Source of the DNA: Candidatus Poribacteria bacterium
GTDB lineage: Bacteria > Poribacteria > WGA-4E > WGA-3G
Length of the DNA stretch: 64,000 nt
NCBI GenBank assembly: GCA_965205015.1
Contig: OZ242029.1
Span: forward strand, 3,264,001 to 3,328,000
Direction: 5' to 3'
Shown: positions 48,922 to 59,415 of the stretch, piece after piece
How the letters are laid out: every line of letters begins with the position of its first letter
Numbering within the stretch: position 1 is the first letter of the stretch
The notes under the pieces: generated by a model
Told to the model about the DNA's origin: nothing
Database searches by the model: none
What the model saw: only the letters and a program-made list of their open reading frames with translations
Made by a program: the position numbers and the translations under genes

Positions 48922-49797
48922 CTAACGTCGGGCGGTACGCTGGCGGAAAAATTGGATAAGCGGTTTCACATACGACTCATCTGTTCTGATATGAATAGAA
49001 TCGACTTGATTTGCTCGGAAGACCTGTTGACGTTCTGTATCGGCACGCCGATTCAGTTCCGTATAGAGGTGCCGTGCTTCCGCGGCGCGTGTATCAATAA
49101 CGACCCTCTCTCCGCTCTCTGCATCCTCCAGTTCTATGAGTCCGACATCCGGTAATTCCACCTCCCGCCTGTCTTGTAAGGTAATAGCAATAAGCGAATG
49201 CCGTTTACTGCTCAAGCGTAACTGCTTTTCGTACCCCGAATCCTTGAAATCCGAGATCAGAAACACAACACTGTGTGGCTTGAGCACCCGATCGACGAAC
49301 GCCAATGCCGTTTCAATGTTCGTCCCCGGCTGCTTTGGTTGAAAATGAAGGATATCCCGAACGACCCGTAAGACGTGCCTTTTTCCCTTACGTGGCGCGA
49401 CGAAATGCTCCACGGTGTCCGTAAAACAGATAAGCCCAACTTTGTCGTTGTTTTTAATGGCGGAAAAGGCGAGGAGTGCTGCAATCTCGGCAGCGATTTC
49501 TGCCTTCGTCTCAGCAATACTGCCAAAACTGGTCGAGGCACTCATATCCACAACCAACATCATGACGAGTTCCCGTTCTTCCACGTACTTCTTGATGTAA
49601 GTCTGCCCCATGCGTGCGGTGACGTTCCAATCGATCGTACGGATTTCATCGCCTACCTGATACTCTCGCACCTCATCGAAGGTAATCCCTTGTCCTTTGA
49701 AGACGCTTTCATACTCCCCAGCGAAGACGGTGTTAACGAGGCGATTGGTGAATATTTCGATACGTTGGATTTTTTTGAGTATGTCTTTTTCGTTCAT
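48922..49797 (-). CDS. DUF58 domain protein
   Basis: S.FKGQG..F.EVREYQ.GD.IR.IDWNVTAR, EERE, D.SAS, FLISDF. Confidence 0.9.
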   Translation of the reverse strand: MNEKDILKKIQRIEIFTNRLVNTVFAGEYESVFKGQGITFDEVREYQVGDEIRTIDWNVTARMGQTYIKKYVEERELVMMLVVDMSASTSFGSIAETKAEIAAEIAALLAFSAIKNNDKVGLICFTDTVEHFVAPRKGKRHVLRVVRDILHFQPKQPGTNIETALAFVDRVLKPHSVVFLISDFKDSGYEKQLRLSSKRHSLIAITLQDRREVELPDVGLIELEDAESGERVVIDTRAAEARHLYTELNRRADTERQQVFRANQVDSIHIRTDESYVKPLIQFFRQRTARR

Positions 49798-49934
49798 GCT
49801 ACAAAAATTTTGTAAATAACAACTTAGGTTTGTATAAGGAAAAGTACTTGTTTAAGTTCTTAAACGCTATTATACTATTCGAAAAGAGCAGAATCAATAT
49901 TTTTTGACAACCGACAACTATAAAACTGATACCC

Positions 49935-50768
49935 ATGCAGAATACTTTTTTGGACAATACCGCAATTGAAATCCATCGTGAGATTCAAACCGGGAATATC
50001 CGCCACGTCGTTTTCGACTTTGATGGAACAATCTCCCTCATCCGAGACGGTTGGCAGAATGTGATGGTCCCGATGATGGTCGAATGCCTTCAAACCGAAA
50101 CGGATACTACTGAGACGCAAGAACAACTCGAAGCACTCGTCGTTGAATTTGTGGATAGGTTGACCGGTAAACAGACGATTTATCAAATGATCCAGTTAAG
50201 CGAGGAAATCGAGAAACGCGGTGGGACACCGAAGGATCCACTCGCCTATAAAGACGACTATAACCGCCGATTGTTGCCCGTCGTTGAGGAACGGATTGCG
50301 GGACTCGCTGCGGGAACATTGTCAGCCGATCCGCTCCGCGTGCCGATGTCGCTTGAATTTCTTCAAAGCCTGCGTGAGATGGGGATCAGCTGCTATCTCG
50401 CCAGTGGGACGGATGTTGAATTTGTTAAAAACGAAGCATCGCTCCTCGGTGTTGCGGAATACTTTGACGGTGGAATTTTCGGGGCATTACGGGAATATCA
50501 GAAGTTTTCCAAAGCGATGGTCATCCAGAAAATCATCACGGATTTCAACCTTAGCGGAAGCGAATTGCTAATCGTTGGGGACGGCTACGTAGAGATCGAA
50601 AACGCCAAAGAAGTCGGAGCGATCGCTGTCGGTGTTGCGTCTGTAGAGGACAATATGTACAATATGAACGCCGATAAACGGGAACGTCTTATCCGCGCCG
50701 GAGCGGACATCATCATCTCCGATTTTCGCGAAGGCACGCAGCTAATAAACCATCTGTTCAATCTGTAG
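49935..50768 (+). CDS. HAD family hydrolase
   Basis: FDFDGT, LASGT, K, VGDGYVE motifs. Confidence 0.85.
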   Translation: MQNTFLDNTAIEIHREIQTGNIRHVVFDFDGTISLIRDGWQNVMVPMMVECLQTETDTTETQEQLEALVVEFVDRLTGKQTIYQMIQLSEEIEKRGGTPKDPLAYKDDYNRRLLPVVEERIAGLAAGTLSADPLRVPMSLEFLQSLREMGISCYLASGTDVEFVKNEASLLGVAEYFDGGIFGALREYQKFSKAMVIQKIITDFNLSGSELLIVGDGYVEIENAKEVGAIAVGVASVEDNMYNMNADKRERLIRAGADIIISDFREGTQLINHLFNL

Positions 50769-50804
50769 CAATTATTTTATAAACAGACTCATGAGGAGGA
50801 CACT

Positions 50805-51938
50805 ATGCCAAACTACGCGAAAGCGTCCGTTCATCCTTCAGAACTACGTGAGTATCAAGACGACCAGACGGGTGCACACATTTATCAACTTACAAACGAT
50901 ACCTCTATTAACCATAACCTCTACTTCCTGACATCTTCGTTCACACCCGACCAAGGACATCTCATTTTCACCTCCTACCGCTCAGGAAAACCGAACTTTT
51001 TCAAACTACAATTTCCCAACGGCGATATTGTGCAGTTGACGGATGCCGATGACATCCACGGTTACTCCGGTGTGATCTCCAAAGACGGCACTGAGCTCTT
51101 TTACACCCAAGCAGACGCTATAAAGGCGATCCATCTTGATACCCTTGAGGAACGTGTGCTTGCAGAGTTCCCCGGTGGAAGTCTCGGTGAATGCAGCGTC
51201 AGTGCAGACGAACGCTTTATCGTAACGGCGATGAAACGCGACGACACATCGCACATCACCGTAACCGCTACTGACGGCAGCGGCGGCGAAGTTATCTACA
51301 CCTCTCCGGATCAGACGATTATCCATCCACAATTTCATCCGAAACATCCTGACCTCATCGCGTATTCCGGGGACCCAGCACCACGGATGTGGACTCTCAA
51401 ACGGGACGGCACAGAAAATCGATCGCTCTACCAACACGGTAACAACGAGTTCCTTGTCCACGAAACCTTTCTCGGCGCGTTGGATGAACTGATCGTGACG
51501 CATTGGCCCTATGCGCTTCGGCGGATGTCTTTGGAAACCCTACAGATGCAGACAATCGCCGATTTCAACGCGTGGCACATTGCCAGCAATCGCGATGGGA
51601 CGAAAGTCCTGTGCGACACCGTCCACCCTGATATCGGTTTACGTTTAGTCGATGTAGAGACAGGTGAACACACACCGATCTGTTATCCGCAGAGTTCCTC
51701 CAGCGGGAGCCAGTGGCAAACCGACCGGTATGCCCTCGCCGAAGATTGGGCAGCCGCCCAACAAGCAGGTGATAGAGAGCAGGCACTCAGTTGGATGGAG
51801 ATGAAGGTGGACACCGTTTATGGACCGCAATGGACGCATCCACATCCTTCTTTCAGTCCAGATGAAACGGCAGTCGTGTATACCTCAGATGTTTCCGGAC
51901 ATTCGCAGGTTTATGTTGCTCTGATTCCGTCAGTCTGA
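50805..51938 (+). CDS. Oligogalacturonate lyase-like beta-propeller protein
   Basis: YQDDQTGAHIYQLT, NLYF..SSFTPD, HPQFHP, HETF, THPHPSFSPD..VVYTSD. Confidence 0.8.
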   Translation: MPNYAKASVHPSELREYQDDQTGAHIYQLTNDTSINHNLYFLTSSFTPDQGHLIFTSYRSGKPNFFKLQFPNGDIVQLTDADDIHGYSGVISKDGTELFYTQADAIKAIHLDTLEERVLAEFPGGSLGECSVSADERFIVTAMKRDDTSHITVTATDGSGGEVIYTSPDQTIIHPQFHPKHPDLIAYSGDPAPRMWTLKRDGTENRSLYQHGNNEFLVHETFLGALDELIVTHWPYALRRMSLETLQMQTIADFNAWHIASNRDGTKVLCDTVHPDIGLRLVDVETGEHTPICYPQSSSSGSQWQTDRYALAEDWAAAQQAGDREQALSWMEMKVDTVYGPQWTHPHPSFSPDETAVVYTSDVSGHSQVYVALIPSV

Positions 51939-52074
51939 TTATGGACTGTGGGGCGATCCCTATGCTTGCTTATTCTTCATTCTTATTAGAGGATTGAAGA
52001 TCTTTTCGTTGCGATTTGCTAAAAAGACTGTGTATAATTGGGTTTAAATTCTCCATTCTCAGGAGGAAAAGATA

Positions 52075-53520
52075 GTGCTTGACACCAAGGACCTACACCC
52101 TACAAATGTCCACATCAAGGTGCAGAATTTCGGGCCTATAGATCAGGCGGAGATAGATCTACGCCCTCTGACGGTGTTCGTGGGTGAGAGCAATACCGGT
52201 AAGACCTATCTTGCTGCGCTTATTTATGCATTGTACAGTAGTTTTGCTGGTTTCTCACGATTTCCTTGGTCTGACCATGATGTTTTGGACTTAAGACTAA
52301 CACAACGAGGGGTGCCGGCTTACGACGAGGCGGAAGAAATTAGGGCAGTTCTCGAAAAACTATGGAAAGATGCGTTACCGTACAAATTCTCAGATTTACC
52401 TCAAAGGATACGCACCCAACTGCAATCTGTCCTCAACACTCCTGAAATTTTCAGCAGTCAACTCATTCGTTGTTTTGATCTCAGTTCCGTTTCAGATCTG
52501 ATACGTTTCACCGCTCCCTCAGACGCTGAAATGCAGATTTCCCTGAGCGTTCGCGAAAAAGATCAAACCCTCTGGTCTGTTGAGGCGCGCGACTCTGGAT
52601 CAGGCATCACCATGGAGGGATGTATTAATGATGATCTGGAAATATATCCTGAAGAAATAGGGGGAGGCAGGGAAACACTCGGTATTTTAGATGTTACGTC
52701 ACTATTGCGTCATGAAATTCAAGATGGAGAAAAAACCTATTATCTGCCAGCCGCCCGGAGTGGTCTTATGCAAAGCCACGGGGTGATTGCGAGTGCCCTT
52801 ATAGAACGTGCGACTCGCACTGGTTTGGAAGGTTTCCTTGAGCCATCTACATTTTCGGGAATGATAGCGGACTTTCTACAAGCACTTATCCGCTATAAGG
52901 GACGTAGCGAATCCGAGGATCAGGTGAATGGTATTGCCAAAGCACTGGAAGACGACCTCCTCTGTGGACAGATAGAGGTCAAACGCCCTGTACCGGGGGG
53001 GTACCCGGAATTCCTATACCGTCCCCAGCAGACAAAACAGACTTTGAGGATGAGCCAAGTTTCAGCAATGGTATCTGAACTCGCACCTTTAGTTCTCTTT
53101 CTGCGCGGTGTTGTTTGCCCAGGGGATACACTGATTATTGAGGAACCTGAAGCCCATTTGCATCCCAGTGCCCAGACCCAAATCGCCCTTATCCTTGCCC
53201 GATTGGTTCGAGCCGGGGTCCGCGTGGTTATCACGACACATAGTGAATGGCTCCTCCAGCAAATTGGAAATCTGATTCGCGAAGGCGAAGTGATGCAGTT
53301 GGGAAAAAGTAACACAGTGCCCACAAATTGGCTGTTAAAAGACGAGGTGGGGGCATGGCGGTTCAGCGGAAACCGCAAACCTGTGGCAGAAATCCCGTTC
53401 GATCGCATTGAAGGCATAGAGCCGCAGGATTATTTCGACATTGCTGATAAACTTTATAATACTTTCGTTAAACTTGAACAACAGCTTCTCGACGAGGAAG
53501 CATCCAGTGCAATTGAGTAA
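52075..53520 (+). CDS. ABC-type ATPase (AAA_15/AAA_21-like)
   Basis: VQNFGPI, Walker A GESNTGKT, YLPAARSG, SAMVSELAP, Walker B/D-loop IIEEPEAHLHP, TTHS. Confidence 0.9.
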   Translation: MLDTKDLHPTNVHIKVQNFGPIDQAEIDLRPLTVFVGESNTGKTYLAALIYALYSSFAGFSRFPWSDHDVLDLRLTQRGVPAYDEAEEIRAVLEKLWKDALPYKFSDLPQRIRTQLQSVLNTPEIFSSQLIRCFDLSSVSDLIRFTAPSDAEMQISLSVREKDQTLWSVEARDSGSGITMEGCINDDLEIYPEEIGGGRETLGILDVTSLLRHEIQDGEKTYYLPAARSGLMQSHGVIASALIERATRTGLEGFLEPSTFSGMIADFLQALIRYKGRSESEDQVNGIAKALEDDLLCGQIEVKRPVPGGYPEFLYRPQQTKQTLRMSQVSAMVSELAPLVLFLRGVVCPGDTLIIEEPEAHLHPSAQTQIALILARLVRAGVRVVITTHSEWLLQQIGNLIREGEVMQLGKSNTVPTNWLLKDEVGAWRFSGNRKPVAEIPFDRIEGIEPQDYFDIADKLYNTFVKLEQQLLDEEASSAIE

Positions 53521-54004
53521 AGTTCTTGACGAAATTCGCGAGCGAGTCGGCGAAGAAAGCCTGACACATTCGTGTAGCGGCGGTGGATGTCGCGTGGACA
53601 TGACCGATGTTCCAAGCGACCGGATTGTAATAGATATGGATATAGCATTCAAGGCACACCAAAGGATAGGAAAACACTGTGACCGAGTTCTTTTTTACAT
53701 AGATACCGCTAAAAATAGCCTCGTTGTGGTTTTAATTGAGCTCAAAAGTGGTACTTTCAAAGTAACAGATGTCGCTCAACAGTTGCAACAGAGTATTGCC
53801 TTCGTCTCAACCTTAGTACCGAGAAATCTTAAGACTATCTGCATTCCGGTAGTGTTTCATGGTAAGGGGATTCACGCTGCGCAAGGGGCAAGATTCAAAG
53901 GTATCAGGGTACGCTTCCGTAACAAGGAATCTGTCATTCGGCGAAATAGATGTGGTGCCCCCAAGAACTTAGCGAATGTGCTGTCTGGATCCGGGAACCT
54001 CTAA
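53507..54004 (+). CDS. Small PD-(D/E)XK-like nuclease-fold protein coupled to the ATPase
   Basis: GTG start at 53507 after GAGG, overlapping the ATPase stop; KHCDRVLF...VLIELKSG...AQQL. Confidence 0.65.
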   Translation: MQLSKVLDEIRERVGEESLTHSCSGGGCRVDMTDVPSDRIVIDMDIAFKAHQRIGKHCDRVLFYIDTAKNSLVVVLIELKSGTFKVTDVAQQLQQSIAFVSTLVPRNLKTICIPVVFHGKGIHAAQGARFKGIRVRFRNKESVIRRNRCGAPKNLANVLSGSGNL

Positions 54005-54061
54005 TTTGAATCCCGACGAAAATGCTGTTATATAAACTTCAGATATTTTAAGAAAGAAACT

Positions 54062-55969
54062 ATGAAACAAATTTATGCATATGTTCTATGTTTTCTGTTT
54101 CTGTTTGATATTGCATGCAGCATCTCATCAGCACAAGAGGAGTGGATGCCGGATCCTATACTCAGGGGCGCAATTCGAGCAGAAATCGGATTGCTCGCAG
54201 CAGCTCCTTTAGCAAAAGAAAATATGCTGGGATTTGAATTTCTCAGTGTGGATAACAAAGGTATTTCTGATATAACGGGTTTGGAGTATGCGATGAATCT
54301 CAAAGAACTCCACATTAGCAGGAATCCAATAACAGACCTGCGTCCCTTAGCGAGTTTGACCCAACTTCGTGAGTTGCATTTCTGGCATGAAGAGTTCCAT
54401 CGAATAAACCTTGACCTCAGCCCGTTAGCAAACCTTATCAACCTCGAAGTTCTTTCTCTTCAAAGGAACGGCATTTCTGATATAAGTCCATTGGCTGGAT
54501 TAAAGAATCTTCGGCATTTACATATTATAGACAACACTATCTCAGATGTAAGTCCACTGGGAGGGTTGACGCATCTCAGAGAAGTCTGGATAACAGGCAA
54601 TCCGATCTTGGATATACATCCTCTTCTCGATTTAGATCTAACCGAATTTGAATACGATGAGATATGTAAGATTCCACGAACTGGATCCGCTGTTGATCGA
54701 ATTCAAAGTAGGCGTTTTCCATCTGTAGCTTTGTGGCCGTATCGCGATTCTATTGAAGAAGTCAGCCGGTATGATTATCTTTGGGGTCATTTCGAGATTC
54801 TTACGTTGAAGAGTTATTCCGCGCAATTCAGTGCTATTGTGGGGAACGTGGAGGAGGCAAAAGCAGTGCAGCAACGTTGGCGTGAACTGAATCCGAATAG
54901 CATATTTTTATTTCCTGTAAGCATAACATTTGCAGTAGGAAATGAATTTCCCGAAAATTCGGATGTTTGGTTCAGAGATGCAGCAGGTAAACGGGTCTCC
55001 TACGTTGAGGAAAGGTGGGGAGGGTGGCACGAATATGTATATGATATTACCCAAAAGCATGTTCAAGATAAACTTGTAGCACAGATCCTTTCGGTTGTAG
55101 AGTGTGGACTTTTTGATGGAATTGCAATAGATGGTTTAGGGGGTTATGGGACAGTTTACTTCCATAGGGTTTCTTATCCTGCAGCTGATGATGATATTAT
55201 TGAGGCTATCGGTCACATTCTCCGCGAGATTCGCTCGCGTGTACCAGAAGATTTCTTGATTGTTATTAATTCAAATCAAGGTAGACTTGAACGTTATGCG
55301 GAATATATCAACGGCAATGCGATGGAAGCGGATAAAGATCATCCGAACGGATACACACACGAGTGGCTTCAGGAACTGGACGGTTCGTTGCTTTGGCATG
55401 AAGAACATCTACGATTTCCACAAATTAACTGGTCGGAAGTCTTCCTTATTGAAGGCGAGCCTCCAGACAGTCCCGATAACCAAAGGTGGATACGTGTTTT
55501 CACAGCAAGAAGTATGACACACGCTGATGGATACGTCAGTGTTCATCATGAAACGTCTCATGTCGCTGGCGAAACGGAACTTTGGTATGATTTCTGGGAT
55601 GCCGATCTCGGACAACCTATTGGTGAAAAGGCACAACTTTACGAACACCGAGAAGGACTATTTATCCGTGAGTTCACCAACGGTTGGGCAGTCTATAACC
55701 GCAGTGGAAAACCGCAAGTGGTTCGCCTACCAGAACAGGCAACAGGTGTAGAAAGTGGTTTGCGTAACGCCCTTCACATTCTCCCCGATTTGGATGGCGA
55801 AATCTACCTGAAAAGAACAACCCATAGGCACGATGTGAACGGAGACGGTGTTGTGAATATTTTGGATTTGGTTGCGGTTGCCAGTGGATTCGGTACAGAT
55901 GCCCCAGACGTTAATGGCGATGGGCTCGTCAATATTTTGGATTTGGTTGCGGTCGCAAACGCCTTTTGA
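54062..55969 (+). CDS. Secreted LRR (internalin-like) - putative TIM-barrel glycoside hydrolase - dockerin protein
   Basis: Signal peptide; ISDISPLAGLKNLRHL repeats; FDGIAID, WDADLGQP, FIREFTNGWAVYN; twin DVNGDG.VNILDLVAVA. Confidence 0.8.
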   Translation: MKQIYAYVLCFLFLFDIACSISSAQEEWMPDPILRGAIRAEIGLLAAAPLAKENMLGFEFLSVDNKGISDITGLEYAMNLKELHISRNPITDLRPLASLTQLRELHFWHEEFHRINLDLSPLANLINLEVLSLQRNGISDISPLAGLKNLRHLHIIDNTISDVSPLGGLTHLREVWITGNPILDIHPLLDLDLTEFEYDEICKIPRTGSAVDRIQSRRFPSVALWPYRDSIEEVSRYDYLWGHFEILTLKSYSAQFSAIVGNVEEAKAVQQRWRELNPNSIFLFPVSITFAVGNEFPENSDVWFRDAAGKRVSYVEERWGGWHEYVYDITQKHVQDKLVAQILSVVECGLFDGIAIDGLGGYGTVYFHRVSYPAADDDIIEAIGHILREIRSRVPEDFLIVINSNQGRLERYAEYINGNAMEADKDHPNGYTHEWLQELDGSLLWHEEHLRFPQINWSEVFLIEGEPPDSPDNQRWIRVFTARSMTHADGYVSVHHETSHVAGETELWYDFWDADLGQPIGEKAQLYEHREGLFIREFTNGWAVYNRSGKPQVVRLPEQATGVESGLRNALHILPDLDGEIYLKRTTHRHDVNGDGVVNILDLVAVASGFGTDAPDVNGDGLVNILDLVAVANAF

Positions 55970-56263
55970 GTGTTCCTGCACCAGCAGGTTATGGCAAGTT
56001 GTTCAACCATCATACATGGTACGTCAATGTCACTCAGATACTTAATGCTTTTGACTTTGAAGTCCACTCGCGACCCAGGGAGCAAGCAGTTGCATTTGCT
56101 TCTGATGGCGTTTATCCTTGTTTGTTTCGCTCGCCAACCCGTGTGTTTTTTGCAAATTTGGATTTATGCTATAATGTTTATAGGAGGCTTGGTAGGACCA
56201 ATTTAGCAAAACTCATCAAATCATGTTCATGAAAACGCGTATTACGCGTAGGGAGATTAACCT

Positions 56264-57040
56264 ATGTTTCTCCGTTTGTTTGCATGGCTCTGTATTTTGA
56301 CGCTCGTTTTGAGTGTAATGGCTGTAGAAGCTGCTAAAATTGCTGTTATTGATTTTGCTGACGAGTGGACAAAGGTTGATGCGTTACGTCAGACCTTGGA
56401 TGCGTTCAAAGTTGAGTACGATGATCTGACAAAGGCCCTTGAAGGTGGAAAGTTACCTCTCAAAGCAGAAACTAAAATTTTTTTGATTGGTAGCATGCTG
56501 ACTAACAATCCTGGATTGCATCAAAATCTCGACAAGAACGCAAAAGTGATTCAGGATTTCGTCGAAAATGGCGGTATCGTCTGGGAACCGACCCAAGCTG
56601 ATCAGAACGAAGCGAATGTGGATTGGTTGCCGCCTGGATTGAGTTGTGTTCGTAGTGACCGTGATAGTCCCGTTTTTGAAATACTGCAAGCCGACCATCA
56701 GCTCTTTAACGAACCGAACCGTATGGATCAAAAAACGTTTGAAGGTTGGGGACATCAGGGCTGGCCGACTGTCTGGGAAGTCATCTCTTCTCAAAAGGGC
56801 TTTGATGTGCTGATGGAAAGTTTAGGGCAACCTGTCATTATGGAAGCGGAATTCGGGAAAGGGAAGTTCCTGATGATGGCAATTGCTCCTGATAAATACT
56901 ATATCGCGGGTAACGATGACAACACGAAAGACATGGCAAAACTTTTCATGGAGAATTTGCTGTTCCATGTCGAAGAATTTGCCGCTATCGAAGCAGATAG
57001 TAAACTCACAACAATGTGGGCGAATCTGAAAATCTGGTAG
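56264..57040 (+). CDS. Secreted hypothetical protein with KLTTMWANLK C-terminal motif
   Basis: Signal peptide; DFVENGG (class I GATase-like fold, weak); tail AIEADSKLTTMWANLK. Confidence 0.7.
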   Translation: MFLRLFAWLCILTLVLSVMAVEAAKIAVIDFADEWTKVDALRQTLDAFKVEYDDLTKALEGGKLPLKAETKIFLIGSMLTNNPGLHQNLDKNAKVIQDFVENGGIVWEPTQADQNEANVDWLPPGLSCVRSDRDSPVFEILQADHQLFNEPNRMDQKTFEGWGHQGWPTVWEVISSQKGFDVLMESLGQPVIMEAEFGKGKFLMMAIAPDKYYIAGNDDNTKDMAKLFMENLLFHVEEFAAIEADSKLTTMWANLKIW

Positions 57041-57109
57041 ATGGGATATTAGGCATTATTGTAACCTCCAGGTCTTCAACGATCTGCCGGACGCTGCAAC
57101 TTGTTTGAG

Positions 57110-57138
57110 GTAGGGCGGATATGGAGATCCGCCCTTAC
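57110..57138. repeat. REP-like palindrome between convergent genes
   Basis: GTAGGGCGGAT-ATGGAG-ATCCGCCCTTAC. Confidence 0.6.
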
Positions 57139-57149
57139 AAACTAAATCC

Positions 57150-58409
57150 CTAACTCCACAATCTATCGTGCGAGCGTTCAGAATCCCATTCTGTCGTCGG
57201 TGCGAAGTAGTCCGTTTCCTCTGCGTGGAGATGCTCCCGAATGACCTCTTCGTTAAGATCGATACCTAACCCCGGGCTTTCTGGAACATTGATATAGCCG
57301 TCTTGGATAATCGGATTTGGTAAACCCGTTACCATTTCATCCCACCACGGATTGTCAACGGAGTGGTTCTCCAGCACCAAGAAGTTTGATGTTGCTGCGG
57401 CGCAGTGGACACTCGCCATTGCACAGATGGGCGTGCCTGCCATGTGCATAGCCATCGCAATGCCGTGGTCTTCTGCTAAATCCCCGATCTTCTTCGTCTC
57501 TAAAATCCCGCCCGATGTCGCAATATCCGGGTGCGCTATGGCAATCCCTCGGCTCTCGAACAGCGGCATGAAATCCTCTTTGCAATAGATGTCCTCACCT
57601 GTGCAGATGGGTGTCGCGCACGAATTCGAGAGACGCACATACTGATCGGTATACTGCCACGGCACCATATCCTCTAACCACGCGAGATTGTATTTCTCCA
57701 AGGCTCTGGCGAGACGGATACAGTCCTCAATACCGATATGCCCAAAATGATCCACCGCGAGCGGTATCTCATAACCGATAATGTCCCGAACGGTTTCCAC
57801 GTATTCGCACAATATAGCAATACCTTTTTCAGTGAGGCGGATACCGGTAAAGGGATGCATCAGGTTAGAGGTGTCTAAATTTCCTGCAGGTGCAGAGATT
57901 GTGCCGGGCGTTCCGCGAAGCAACCCAACGCCGATGTCCATCTTCAGAAAGGTGAACCCTCTATCCATGCGCTCTTGGAGGACTTTCCCCATTTCTTCAG
58001 GGTCTCTGAAGGACGGTGTATCGCTATAGCATCGGATTTTGTCCCGGAATTTACCGCCAGCGAGTTGATAACATGGCACACCATAAGCCTTTCCAGCCAG
58101 ATCCATCAGTGCCATCTCAATCCCGCAGATACCGCCACCTTGCCGAGCGTGGTGGCCGAACTGCTTAATCTGTCGAAAGATTTTATCAACGTTACACGGG
58201 TTCTCGCCGATGATACGGCTTTTGAGCATCAACGCGTACGTCGGACTCGCGCCATCGCGGACTTCGCCGAGACCGTGAATGCCTTGATTCGTGTCCAGTT
58301 TCAAAATGGGACCGCCCGTTTGGGTCCGAACGATACGCATATCGGTAATTTGTAGTGCCGAAGGTTGAGAAGCCGTCCTGACATTTGAGAGTATCTGTTG
58401 ATCTTCCAT
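57150..58409 (-). CDS. Mandelate racemase / muconate lactonizing enzyme family protein
   Basis: GLGE, GIEMALMDLAGKA.GVP.YQL.GG, KMD, WLED, GED, PD, LENH, PGLGIDL. Confidence 0.9.
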   Translation of the reverse strand: MEDQQILSNVRTASQPSALQITDMRIVRTQTGGPILKLDTNQGIHGLGEVRDGASPTYALMLKSRIIGENPCNVDKIFRQIKQFGHHARQGGGICGIEMALMDLAGKAYGVPCYQLAGGKFRDKIRCYSDTPSFRDPEEMGKVLQERMDRGFTFLKMDIGVGLLRGTPGTISAPAGNLDTSNLMHPFTGIRLTEKGIAILCEYVETVRDIIGYEIPLAVDHFGHIGIEDCIRLARALEKYNLAWLEDMVPWQYTDQYVRLSNSCATPICTGEDIYCKEDFMPLFESRGIAIAHPDIATSGGILETKKIGDLAEDHGIAMAMHMAGTPICAMASVHCAAATSNFLVLENHSVDNPWWDEMVTGLPNPIIQDGYINVPESPGLGIDLNEEVIREHLHAEETDYFAPTTEWDSERSHDRLWS

Positions 58410-58532
58410 TTTTTTAATTATTCCTTGCGGGGTAATGAAGTGGGTTCACGTTTGATGTCCCTTTCTCTTGGTCCGCCCGCGCCGTTGTTGCGGGCTGCTT
58501 TCTTAAGTTAATTTTCATTCCGGACAGACAAA

Positions 58533-59297
58533 CTATACACCCCTTTCTGATGTGATTTTGAGCGCGGTATCCAGTATTGTTAGATGGAGTGCTACGCGTT
58601 GTTCCAGTTGCCAGACTGTTGGTGTCTCAGAGATGATAACATGTTCACTGTGAAAATGCAATAGGTAAGGGGTCAAGCCTTGGGTGCCCCATGCGGTGGC
58701 AACTTTGTAGACACCTTCAGCGAGATCAGGAGCATCTTCACCCGGATCCTCGGGATCTATTGGACCCATTGCTTTGCCAGCGGTGGCGAGTTTGGGACCA
58801 ATATATTTCTCGTCCCGTTTGCCCTCGTATAAGTAAAACCCGGTCGCATCGTAGTCTTCGTGGAAATCTATCGCGAGTGAGAATTGCGTTTGACCTAAGG
58901 CTTTTTTGACGATAGCCACTTCGGGAACATCTTCCGTTTCAAAAGCACGATTGATGTCTATGCCGTCAAGCGTTTCACGCGTGTTATGAACATAGCCATA
59001 GGGATTAATGCACGGGATCACTAAAAACGAGAAGTTTTTCAGGAGTGCGGTGTTATCGCGCGCAAGGAACTGTAAAACCGCTTCAACACCAGCGGGTTCG
59101 TCGCCGTGCATACCACCAGTGATAAGAACGTGTTTCTGTGTCTCTTCCGAAGACGCTAAGTGGATTTGATATATCGGGTAAGTGTGGACGGTGCCGAGTC
59201 GTTCTATTGGTATATCTAAGTTTTTTAAACGTTCGGTAATTTCAGCGTAATCGCGCAAACTTTGAGCTCCTTGATAAGATCGATGAAGGATATACAC
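58533..59297 (-). CDS. M14 metallocarboxypeptidase / succinylglutamate desuccinylase family protein
   Basis: GGMHGDEPAG, INPYG..NTR, DINR, IDFHED, ETP. Confidence 0.85.
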   Translation of the reverse strand: MYILHRSYQGAQSLRDYAEITERLKNLDIPIERLGTVHTYPIYQIHLASSEETQKHVLITGGMHGDEPAGVEAVLQFLARDNTALLKNFSFLVIPCINPYGYVHNTRETLDGIDINRAFETEDVPEVAIVKKALGQTQFSLAIDFHEDYDATGFYLYEGKRDEKYIGPKLATAGKAMGPIDPEDPGEDAPDLAEGVYKVATAWGTQGLTPYLLHFHSEHVIISETPTVWQLEQRVALHLTILDTALKITSERGV

Positions 59298-59353
59298 ATA
59301 GCATATCGCAAAACGGATCGGCGTGCAATCGCTTTTTCAAATCGATTTTCTGT

Positions 59354-59382
59354 TTGACAATTACTGCCTTTTCTGATAGAAT
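59354..59382 (+). promoter_or_regulatory. Sigma70-type promoter upstream of the TPR and UGSC genes
   Basis: TTGACA-17 bp-TAGAAT with extended -10 TG. Confidence 0.65.
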
Positions 59383-59415
59383 TTTACTAAACCCATATTC
59401 TAGAGGACGTAAAAG

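Noticed and set aside
55966-56232. Overlapping short ORFs after the LRR gene
   Set aside because: No RBS or recognisable motif in any frame; probably intergenic or a decayed remnant.
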